This document shows, piece after piece, positions 45,201 through 57,200 of a stretch of DNA of 64,000 nt. Both the position numbers and the translations under genes were made by a program. How positions within the stretch are numbered: position 1 is the first letter of the stretch; each line of letters begins with the position of its first letter. Location: positions 1 through 64,000 of the forward strand of contig CAXBME010000009.1 in NCBI GenBank assembly GCA_963976765.1. Reading direction: 5' to 3'. This DNA comes from an uncultured Planctomycetaceae bacterium. GTDB lineage: Bacteria > Planctomycetota > Planctomycetia > Planctomycetales > Planctomycetaceae. A model generated the notes under the pieces. The model was not told where the DNA came from. It did not search any database and saw nothing but the letters and a program-made list of their open reading frames with translations.

Positions 45201-48200
45201 CTTCGGAAGCAGTGATACTGGCCTGGATGTCGATCGTGTGCGTCGAGTCGGCTCCCGTGTCAAAGGCGTCAAGCACCACGTTGCCGCTGCCCGACGCCGT
45301 GACAACTTCCGATACAACAAGCCCGCCGTCGAGAGTCCGAATATCAACCGTTCCGTTGGACGAGTTCGCAATCGCTCCTGTCACCGTCGGCGTGCCGGAC
45401 AGACCTGTCATCACTTCACCGATGGTGAGGTCACCGCCCGCCGACGTTTCGCGAACGAAGATACTTCCCGCAGCATTATTGCCAGCCGAAGCCCCCAGCG
45501 TGACGACATTCGTATCGATCGCCGCGTCCCCGAAGCCCGTCCCGATATCCCGCCCCGCAATCATCGCCAAGCTCGTTGCCGAAACCGTGATTGTGGACGT
45601 CGACTGAATGATGTCACGACTGGCGCGAAGCTCAACCTGGTCCGTGGCGGAAATATTCCCGTTCGAAGCCAGCACGATGTCGTCGTCGGCACCAGCCCCG
45701 TTCACATCAATGCGAACATCATTCCCTGCACCCGTCGCCACAACCCCCTCATTAACCGTCAGCGTTCCCTCAGTCACTACAAGGTCGATGCTACCGCCGG
45801 CTCCCGTCGTCGTGATACCGGTCACCGTGACCCCGTCGACCGTGACCGAACCAACGGTCGCTCCGTCGGCTTCGGTGATGAAGATCGAACCGGTCGCCGC
45901 TGCGGCAATGGTGTCGTTGCCCGTGTCGACGAGCAGCCGATTGCCCGAAGTCGCGATGCCGCCTCCACCAGCCTGCAAACCCAACGTCGTGACGGTCAGT
46001 GTGGCCGCTCCGCTGTCGGTGATCCCGCCGGACGTCGCGTTGAGCAGCAGCTTCGGTGTCTGGCCATTCAGCAGCGTCACGTCGCCGAACATGTCGATCG
46101 CGTTGGCGGAGATGTTGGCGGTGACTATTTCCAGTTCGGCGACAGCCGCGGTGAAGCCGATCCGGTTCAGCTCGGCGTCGCTGAGTCGAGCGACGTTGTC
46201 GGCGGCGTTGGCTCCGGCATCTCCGAGGCTGAATCGAGTTCCGGCGTTGACCGTTCCGATCTCGACCGTGTTAGCCGTCGTCGTATGAATCGACGTGCCC
46301 GTCGTTCCGATTTCAAAGTTGTCAAACGTCAGCGTGATCTTGCCGTCGTTGGTGTTGATCGACGTGTTGTCGTCGAGGACGAACGCTTCGTCGGCGTCGG
46401 TTCCGGACAGAGACACCGTGCTGGTTCCCGCTCCGCCACTGTCCGCCACAATGTTCTGACTGACCTGCAAGCCCGTGCCCGCTCCCCCTCCCGATCCAGT
46501 CGTCACGCTGACGTTACCCGCGTTCGCGTCCAGACCGCTGACTCCGTCGACTGTTCCAACAGTCAATCCGTCGGCGTCAGTAAAGCTGATCTCGCCCGTG
46601 CCGGAAACGTTGACCGCCAGCACGTCGACATGGTTGTCTTCGTTCAGCGTAACAGCCGCGGCGGCTGTGATGGCAAGATTCGTTTCCGTGATGGTTGCTG
46701 CGGCGCTTTGGGAAACCGACGTCCCGGTCGCTCCCGTAATCAGATGGACCGTCGTCGTGTTTGCTGGAGCGATGGCTGCGGTGACAGAAATTGCCCCCGT
46801 GTCTGCCGATCCGATTTCCAGCACGCCGGCAGTGATCTGATCGAGTTCGGCGGCTGACAATTCAAGCACGTTCGCGAATCCCGAATTACTTCCCAGGTCA
46901 ATCGCGATGGCCTGTCCGCCGGATTCTGGCCGGATGATCGTTCGAGCTGTTCCCGAGCTGATGGTCGCTTCGTTGCCAGCCGATGTCGAAATGCTGATTT
47001 CGTCCGTGTTGATCGTGACGAGCTGGTTGGTGGCCGTGATCGATGCCTGATCGGCCAGCGACAAATCCGTTGAGCCACTAATGACAATCGTCGCCGCCCC
47101 ACTGCTGATGCTGGCGTTTGTTCCGAGCGAAACCGATCCGCTGACAGCCAGATCGATCGCTCCGCCGGATGAACTGACCGACGCATTTGCCCCCAGCGAC
47201 GCGTTGCGTCCAACGTTGAGATCGATCATCCCGCCGGTTGTCACGACGTCGACGTCCTCGCCGACGGACAGGTCACGAGCCACGTTGGCGACGATCTGTC
47301 CCGAACCAGCATTCTGCACATCGTTCGCCGAGCCGCTATCTGTGAAAACCAGGTCGTTGCCAGCGTTCAGTGTGACGTCGCCGGTGGCCGATGCGTTGGT
47401 CAGAGCGACTCGGTCGTTGATCGTCAGGTCGTCATCATTGCCGCCGTCGTCAGTTGACGTCAGGACGATGTTGACCGAGCCGGTCCCGGAGTTGATGACT
47501 GCTTCGTCTGTCGTCAGCGACTGGCTGGCCGTGATTTCGATGTTGCTGCCCGTTGCCGATACGCCAGTCGTTCCACCATCGACATTGCCGATAGTCAGGT
47601 CGCCGGTATTCGTGATGAAGACCCCGCCCGCTCCCGCCGTTGCTTCGATCTGAGCAACCGATGTGTTCAACGTGGCCGCGCCGCTGCCGCCGATTGCGTT
47701 GGTCGCTGTCAGGAGCAGGTTGCTGGCGGCACCCGTCCCGATGCGGCCCGCGTCGTCGACTTCGCTGATCGATGCCCCGGCCCCGTTGGCAGCAATGACG
47801 ATCTGCCCCCCGCCAGTGGATTCAACGATGTCCGTGGTGACTCCGCCGGCTGCGGATGTCAGCGTGATCGTTCCGGCAGCTGTCTGAACCAGCGAGTCGG
47901 CATCCATCGTGATTGCGTCTGAACCTGTCAGAGTGATCGTCCCGCTGCCGGCGGTGACGATGTTTCCATTTACCGAGAGACTGTTGGTACCCGTCGTGTC
48001 GATGGAGACACTCCCGCCGGCAGACTCAATAATGACCCCGTCCGAAAGCGTGAACGCGGCGCCGGAGTTCACGTCGATCGCTCCCTGATCCGAACTGATC
48101 CCTGCCGAAACGGTGATCGGTGCCGAAGCCGCTGTCGTGTCCAGAGTGACGGTTCCTGTTCCCGCCGTACCGGCCGCTGAGTCCGCCACAATTCCGCTTG

Positions 48201-51200
48201 TGTTGACCAGCAGGCCGCCGGCTGTCGTCCCCAGCGTCACACTGATCGAGCCGGCGTTCGTGTCAAGCGACTGAATCGTGAAGTCGGTTGCAGCAACACT
48301 GGTCGTTGACGTCAGGACGATGTCGCCAGTGGTCTGGTTGTCGACGCTGGTGACGGTGACGTCGCCGCCGTTGGGATCGAGCAGGTTGATCTCGACGTTG
48401 CCGCTCGTTGAATTCGTCGCGTCCAGCGAGTCGGCGGCCACGTCCAGACTGCCGGCGGCTCCAGTGCCGACACCCGTAACCGACGTCAGACTGACGGTCT
48501 GCCCGAAGACGTCTTCCACGTCGTTGTTAGTTCCGCCGCCGTCAACGATCGCTCCGCCCGACCGAATCGTTACAACGCTGCCGCCCGATTTCGACGCGGC
48601 AACTCGATTGCCGACAACAATGTCGCCAGCAGATGTTTCGAGAATGATGTCGTGCCCGCCAGCCGTCGCCGTCAAGATGCCAGCCGCAGGTGTGCTGGCA
48701 TCAGCATCGGTGGCTCCGGTGAACGCCGAGCTGGCTTCGATTTCCGTACCAATCATGAAACCGTCCGCTTCGACAATCTGCACATTGCCGGAGGTTTCCG
48801 CGCGAGCTGCCAGCGTGACCGCTGCTACGCCGAACAGGTTATTGGTCGAGCCGCCCGCTCCTGAAATTCCCGTTTGCGAATCCAGCGTCAGCGTTGCGCC
48901 GGTCGCGACCGTGCGAGCGGTACCGTCGTCCGCGATCGCTCCGGAAGTGACCAATGTCAGGTTTGGAGTCCCGCCGACGGACGCGACGCTGAAGTCACCA
49001 TCAACGGTGATCGACGACGCAGTCGTGGACCCGTCGATCCGGCCAATGACGATCGTCGATGCTTCATCGACAAAGTTGATCTCCGTGTTCGAAACGCCGA
49101 AGTTCGAGGTGCCGGCTCCCAGCTCAACGACCGCAGCAGCCGACGGAGCAATCCTCAACACCGCCGAACCGGCGTCGATCGTCGCGTTGGCCTGAATGTC
49201 CAGGTCCGCTGCCGAAATTTGAATTTCGGCGTCGCTGTCACCGCCGGTGTCCGAGTCGGAATCCAGCGTCGCACCCGCGTCAACAATGATCAGCGAGCCA
49301 CCCTCTCCCCCGTCGGAATCGGCATTGATGTCGATGATTCCGGCAGTCGCTGCGGTGAAGCTGACGACGTCGGCATCGGCTGTAGCAAGTTGAACATTGC
49401 CGGTTGCGTTGAGTTCAATTTCGCCGCCATTCGACGTGACCGAATTATTCAGCACGAGGTCGCGTTCGTTGTTGGCGATGTCGCCAGCGGCGGTCAGCGT
49501 GATCGACAAGCCGGCTCCGATGGTGCCGACGCTGCCGCCCGTTCCGAGCGTCGTCAGGTTGCCGTCGAACGTCGTGACCGAGATTGTTCCCGTGCCCGAT
49601 GTGTTGTCGAAGTTCGCCCCGTCAATCGCCACGCGGCCCAGCTGCAACGCTCCGCCAGCGATCGATTCCTGAACGGCGATTGAACCGCTGGAAGTAGCCG
49701 CTCGCAATGTGGCGACTTCAGTCCCGAACGCGTTCGTCCCGCCAATGTTGCCACCCGCGTCCAGACCCAGCGATCCAGCTCCGGCATTCACGTTCAACTC
49801 GACGCCCGCCCCACCCGAATTGTCGATGGCACCGACAGACTGAAGCAGCACGTTCGTCACGCTGGCGATCGATGTGTCGGCCGCCAGGTCGATCGATGTC
49901 GTTGTCGCTCCGCCGCCGCCGATGATCAGGTCGGTCGCGCTGATTTCGGCCAGCTCGGCAGTGTTCAGTTCAAGAATGTTGTCCGCAGCGTTGTTGGCGG
50001 CTCCGAGGGCGATCGACTGATCCGCCTGAGACCGCAACGTGACCACCGTGGCCGACACGGCGAAGTCAGCTCCCGTGGCGATGCTGATTTCGTCGGCTCT
50101 TGTGAAGAAGTCACCCGCGCCGAGCCGCACGGTGTTTGTACCCGAGGCATCGTTCTCGATGGTGAGCGTCGCTCCATCAGCCATCAGATTCAGAATCACG
50201 TCGTCATTGCTGGTCGCGATGCCTTCGAAAGTGCCGCCGTTGATCAGGTCGGTGACTGCGGTTGTGACCGTCACGCTGTCGGCTTCCGTCACAAAGACGT
50301 CTCCTTCGGCACTGACACCCAGCGTCGCGGCAGAGGTGACGATCACGTTGCCCGACGTGCCGACGCCGGCGCCCGCTTCGAAGTAAACGCTGTCCCCGCT
50401 GACGGTGCCGACTCCAGTCGAACGGCTGATCGCAGCGTCCGCTCGCAGATGAACGTCTCCACCGCCGGCTTCGGAAGCAGTGATACTGGCCTGGATGTCG
50501 ATCGTGTGCGTCGAGTCGGCTCCCGTGTCAAAGGCGTCAAGCACCACGTTGCCGCTGCCCGACGCCGTGACAACTTCCGATACAACAAGCCCGCCGTCGA
50601 GAGTCCGAATATCAACCGTTCCGTTGGACGAGTTCGCAATCGCTCCTGTCACCGTCGGCGTGCCGGACAGACCTGTCATCACTTCACCGATGGTGAGGTC
50701 ACCGCCCGCCGACGTTTCGCGAACGAAGATACTTCCCGCAGCATTATTGCCAGCCGAAGCCCCCAGCGTGACGACATTCGTATCGATCGCCGCGTCCCCG
50801 AAGCCCGTCCCGATATCCCGCCCCGCAATCATCGCCAAGCTCGTTGCCGAAACCGTGATTGTGGACGTCGACTGAATGATGTCACGACTGGCGCGAAGCT
50901 CAACCTGGTCCGTGGCGGAAATATTCCCGTTCGAAGCCAGCACGATGTCGTCGTCGGCACCAGCCCCGTTCACATCAATGCGAACATCATTCCCTGCACC
51001 CGTCGCCACAACCCCCTCATTAACCGTCAGCGTTCCGTCAGTCACTACAAGGAAAACGTCGCCCGCCGCCGCAGTAACACCGCTGAGCGAATCAACCGTC
51101 CCGATCGTCAGTCCGTCGGTTTCGGTAACGAAGACTCCGCCGCTGACGGAAGCCTGAGCCGCCAGCGTCGTGACCGTTGTGTCGATGACGTTGCCGCTTG

Positions 51201-54200
51201 ATCCGACTCCCGTTCCCGAATCCAGTTTCAATGAGTCTGCTGAAAGTGTGCCGCCCGCTCCGCTGTCGGCGATGCTTCCGGTCGTCGTCAGGATCATCGT
51301 GCCGGCGACGGTGGCCGAGCCGGCGACGGCGATCGAGTCCGTGCCTGTTCCGGTATTAAGCGTCAGGTTGGTGACGTTGTGCGCGTTTGTTGCGCTGTTA
51401 ATCGAGACACTGTCGCTGCCGGCGGCGGTCAGGATATTCAACGTGCCGACGTCACGGACAAAAGCGGTTTCCATCGTGAAACCGTCGACCGTGCCGGAAA
51501 CCTGAATCGCATCTTCGCCGCCGATCGACGTTGCATTATCGAGAGCAATTGTGTCGGCGTTGGCCGAACCGTTGATCGTCACAACGAGCATGTCCGTCAG
51601 ATCGACCGGTTCCAGATCGGTGAACATCACCGTGAAGTCTGTGCCGGCAGCTCCGTCAAGGTTCAGATCAACCGTTCCCGCTTCGGCGGCGGTCGGCGTG
51701 TAAGTGGCTTCGTCGTTCCCGGCAATTCCGTCGCCGATCACGATCAGATCATCGCCGTTGGTTTCGCCGTTTGCTCCGCCATCGACCATGATGTTCTGCG
51801 TCGGAATGTTTCCGCTGCTGAGATCCACCGTCGTTCGGTCATCGCCGTCGTTTCCGCTGACGAGTGCGACGCTGCCGCCATTTGTGAAATTGAATCGGTC
51901 GTCTCCGGCTGCTCCGTTCAGCGTGCTGAAGTTTGTGAAGTCTGCGATCACTCCACCGGTAATCGAGCCGTCGTTCTCGCCGGTGACTGAGAACGTGTCG
52001 GCACTCGACGTTCCCTGCAGCGTGTCGTTGGTGCCGTCGCCGATGAAATCTTCGACGTTCGAGAAACCGGCTGCTCCGCCGCCGTTGAGTGCCGAGACGC
52101 TGCCGTTTCCAAGGTTAACAAGTTGAGCCGTTGTGTGGGCTGAGATGTCCAGCAGGTCGCCGTTGGTTTCACCGGTCGTGCCACCGTCAATCGTGCCAGC
52201 CACGTTGACGTTCACGTTGAAGGTGTCGTCACCCGCTCCACCGATCGCCGTGCCGGTCAGGCTGGCGTTGAAGGTGAACGTGTCCGCGCCGTTGGCGCCG
52301 GAGAGATGACTGAAACTGGTGAAGTCCGCAGTCGCTCCACCGGTGACCGTTCCGTTGTTTTCGGTCGCGACGGTGAATACATCATCCCCGGACGTTCCCT
52401 GCAACGTGTCGTTGGAGTTGTCGCCGGTAAAGTCTTCGATGTTCGCAAAGCCGTTCGCTCCACCACTGTTGAGTGCCGACGCGCTGCTGTTTCCAAGGTC
52501 GACGAGCTGAGCCGTTGTATGAGCAGCAAGGTTCAGCAGGTCGCCGTTAGTTTCGCCGGTCGTGCCGCCGTCAATCGTGCCAGCCACGTCGACGTTGACG
52601 TTGAAGGTGTCGTCGCCGTCGCCGCCGTTGGCGCTGCCGGTCAGGCTGGCGTTAAATGTGAAGACGTCTGCGCCGTCGACTCCTTCCAGAATACTGAAGT
52701 CGTTGAAGTCAGCAGTTGTGCCGCCGGTGACTGTGCCGTCGTTTTCTGTCACGACGGTGAATGTGTCGGCGCTGGCGGTCCCTCGCAGCGTGTCGTTAGC
52801 TCCGTCGCCAGTGAAGTCTTCGAAGTTCGAGAAACCTGCAGCGTTGCCGCTGTTCACCGCCGTAACGCTGCTGTTACCCAGGTTGAGCAACTGCGCCGTC
52901 GCATGTCCTGATAAGTTCAGCAGGTCGCCGCTGGACTCACCGCCCGAACCACCGTCGATCGTGCCGCCGACATCGAAGCTGACGTTGAACGTGTCATCGC
53001 CGGCTGCCCCTGTCAGCGTGGCCGCCGTCGTGGCGTTGACGTTGAACGTGTCGCTGTCCCCGGCTGAGTTGACCGTAGCTCCGGTTCCGCTGATGAACCC
53101 GCCACCGAGGTCGGCCGTCGCTCCCGTTCCGGAATCAGCGTCGCCCGAATCGATGTTGACCGTGATCGTCGCGCTGGCGTTGAGCACCGAACCGGCGGCC
53201 ATCGAGAAGTCATCGCCCGCGTTAATCGTGATGCTGCCGCCGGTCGACTGGACAGTCACCGCAGTCGCGATGTCGACGTCTTCTCCAGCTCCTGCGGTGT
53301 CGGTCGCTGTGACCGCGATATTTCCGGAAGATGTGATGCCCGCGTTAATCGCCACCGAGCCGCCGGCAGTTAGAGTCGTCGTTCCGGTAACGCTCAACAC
53401 ACCGCTGACAGTGATCGGTCCGCCGACGATAGTGACGTTGTCAGTGAATGTGGAACTGCCAACCTCAATCGCTCCCGTTCCGTTGGCCGCATCACCAATT
53501 GTGATGGCGGTGAAGCCGTCCGACAGGAAGGCCAGTTCCGCATCATCCAGATTCAGAGTTCCGGCTCCACCACCCAGGCCAATTGTCGTTGTCGCCACCA
53601 GCGGTTCGAAAATCAGCAGCCCCTGACCATCGATGATGGTGGTTCCGCTGAGGACGACCTCGTCACCAATCAGGGTGATCGTACCCGACCCGGCAGCGTC
53701 TCCGATTTCTGTATTTCCGAAGGTCAGCGCGTCTCCGTTGACGGCCGATCCGGTGATCGTCACGGTTGCCGCTCCGGTACTTTCGATAGTACCGCCTGTT
53801 GTGAATAAACCGGAATCGCCGGCACCAGCTCCGACGGCAGAGATGTCGATGGCACCAGTAATTGAGGCAATCGTCGTTCCGGCATCGCTGATGATCATTC
53901 CCGCGCTGGCACTATTCGAGCTGCCCGTTCCCATGATGTTGATCGTCGCGGCACCAACGGCATCGCTGGATGTAATGTCGGCTCCAGCCGACAGGAACAC
54001 TCCGTGACTCGATGCCGGCGCGCCGCCGGTGCCGGTAATCTGAATTGCGCCGGACTTCGAATCTACCAGCGTCGATGTGCCGGTCACGGTAACACCATGC
54101 CCACCGGCAACATCACCGGCCCCGGTTCCGTCGATTGTGATGCCGCCTCCGCCCGCCGCTAATGAAGACAGCACTTGTGAATTATTGCGGATGATGACTC

Positions 54201-57200
54201 CGGCACCGGTCCCGGTCGTGCCGCCCTCACCCGTGATCGCAATCGCTCCACTGCCAGACGTCGACACAGTCGCACCGACAAGCTCCACTCCGGTAAACGT
54301 GCCGGTTGTCGCTCCGCCTGAGTTCGCATTGAGCGTGACTCCACCGTTCACCGTTGAAATGCTTGAATCAGCACTCAGCAGGATATTGCGAGTCGCCGTC
54401 AGGCTGACGCTGCCCGTACCGCTCGTGGCAATGTCGGATGCGGCGTTCGGAGTGTTGATCACGTCCGCGGCGACCGTCAGCGACCTGTTTGCCGCGAAAG
54501 TTACTGTCCCGTTCAGATTCACCGTGTCTCCGGCATCGCCTCCGTTGATCACAATCGATGCCGGATACGATGCAGCCAGCGTTCCAATATCAACCGTATT
54601 GATTCCCGTGTCACCCGCGTTGATCGTCAGCGTGCCGGTTGGGTTGTTGAATGTCAGCGACTCGCCTGCGACATCGGAGTCGATCAACGTTTGCCCGCCG
54701 CCAGCGTCGGAAGCGGTGATTGTTTCGGCGGTCTCACTGTAGTTAAGAATGACGTTCGTCACGTTGATGTCGGCGGTGACCGGTTCCAGATTGGTGTAGT
54801 TGATGGTCCGTCCGTCGACGTCGATACTACCGGTGCTCTCGTTGACAAAGTCGTACGTGACCGTTGTAAAAGCGGTCGAATTACCTGTCAGCGTTAACGA
54901 ATCGCCCGGGCCAACGGTCGGCGCACCGCCATCGAACGAAATGTTCTTTGTGAACAGTCCGCCGGAGCCGGAATAGTCGATCGTCAGAGAATCAGCGGCA
55001 CCATTTGTGTTGACGATGATGTCGCCGCTGAATCGTGAAACGTCAATGCGGACCGTGTCAGCATCGATCTGCTCGACTCCGACCTGATTGCCGGCAACCA
55101 GCACGGTCGACGAGTCGTCAATCTGAACGTAGTCCGTGCCGCCATCGGTAACTCGAGTGAGAGTCAGCGTGTTGACCAGCCCTGCCAGGTCCGTGTAAAC
55201 GGCATTGTTGCCAACGATTTCGAAGATCGCTCCAACCACTTCCAGCGAGACGTCATTGCCGTCTCCACCGCCGTAATGAATGATCGCAACCAGCCCTGTT
55301 CCACCAAGGTTCGTGGCGACGACAGCGTTCTCCGCCAGTCCATTGAAGGTGCCAGTGACCGCGTCGGAGCCATCATTATTGATAATGATGAATTCGTCCG
55401 TCGCCGTGACTTCACTGGAAATCAGATCGCTGACATCCAGGCTGAGCGTGGCGTTCGCGATGTTGACCGAACCGGTGACATTTACCTGATCGTGACCGTT
55501 GGGATTGACGCCAGCTCCCTGGTCACCGTCGAGTTCAATCGAGAGTGTCGATCCCGAGTTGAGCACCAGGTCGCCCGTGTTCAGAATACCGGGGCTGAAT
55601 CCAGGCGCAACGAAGCTGCCAGAGCTGGCCGTCACGCTGCCCATGACCGTTCCTGTTCCACCCAGCGTCCCGGCGGTAACAAGAACCGATCCGGTGGTGA
55701 TGGTTTCACCGTCGCCGACGTTGAAGATTCCCGAGCTGATCGTGATCGTTCCGCTGCCCGCCGATGAACTGTTCCACGTCAGGTCGTCGGCTTCGGTCAG
55801 AAACTGGTTCCCATTGTTGGAGCCATTGGTCGAGTCAGTGGCGAGCGTCACCGCGGCGAGTTCGAGTGCTCCGTTTCCGACCCCGGCCGCCTGGCCAATC
55901 GCTCCAGCTTCGGCATTCAGAGTGATCAGGTCACCCGTCACGTCAATCGCCGAAGCATTTTCTCCGTCGGTGATATTTCCCGTTCGGGCGGTGAGCGTGA
56001 CCGCCTGCAAGCCCGTCCCGTCCCCGTTATCGACCGTATCGTTTCCGGTTAACGCCGTTACGTTGATGGCCCCTCCAACGATGGTCACGGCATCAACAAA
56101 CGTGGCGTTGTTGATCGTGACCGTCCCCGTTCCGTTGGCTGTGCTTCCAATGGTGACTGAGCTGAATCCGTCGGCCAGTCTCGCCAGTTCTGAATCGTCG
56201 AGTTGCAGTCCCGCGTCAGTGGCGCCAGTACCAAGATTGAGATTGGTGGAGCCCGTCAGCGGTGCAATTATCAACGCCCCGCTGGACTGAACATTGACGG
56301 AACCTGCCAGCACGACTGAGTCACTTGTCAGCGTGATGTCCCCAGCAGCGGTCACTCCACCAACCGAGCCGCTTGTGTTCAGCTCGATGCCGTCGCCCGT
56401 CGTCGCCGTACCGGTCATCGAGATGCTGGCAGTCCCTGTTGACAAAACAGCAGCCGCATTCTGGACGACCACTCCCTGGTTGTTCGTCCCGCTTCCGTTG
56501 GCACCGACTCCGACGATCGAAATATCGCCGCCCACCGATTGAACAGCTGTCGTGGCGTCGCTGATATCCACTCCGGAGTTGTCCGACGTTCCGTTTCCAC
56601 CCGATCCGTTAATGGAAATCGTTCCAGCAGTTCCGCCCGCCAGTGTGGACGACACGGTCGTTCCGTTCTGAAGCAGAACTCCGACGTGTGAACCGGTTCC
56701 TGCGTCATCACCACCAGCGCCTGTCAATATGATGTCGCCGGTGCCGGTTGTCTGAATCGTCGCGTTGTCGACATCAAGTCCGACGAAGTCTCCTGCAGCA
56801 CTTTCGGCGGCGTTTGCGCTCAGCGTAATTCCTCCATCCACTGTCGAAAGATCCGACCCGGTCTGCACAACAATATTGCCGGCTGTCGTGACGCTGATCG
56901 TGCCGGTGTCCGTCGTCGCAATGCTTCCATTGATCGTTGTCGTGCCGGTCCCAGCCGACTGAGTCACACTGCTGCCGCTCTCGACAGAGACGCTGGGCAG
57001 GTTAACGCTGGCTGCATTGACAATGGTCAGGCCGGCGATGTTCTCTGCGCCTCCGATCGCTCCCTGAAAGTCGACATTTCCGCCAGTACCACCGTTAATA
57101 CTCAATGAGTTGCTGGCCGCCGCCGTGTCTTCGATCGTGCCTGTGACCGTTACGTTATCCCCCGCCGCAGCACCCGCGCCAAAGGTTGTATTAATCGACA

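Noticed and set aside
45181..46857. 558-aa + strand ORF and the many other + strand ORFs across 24-59 kb
   Set aside because: Antisense shadows of the codon-biased giant gene, with Arg-rich or Pro/Ser/Val-rich translations that do not look like proteins.
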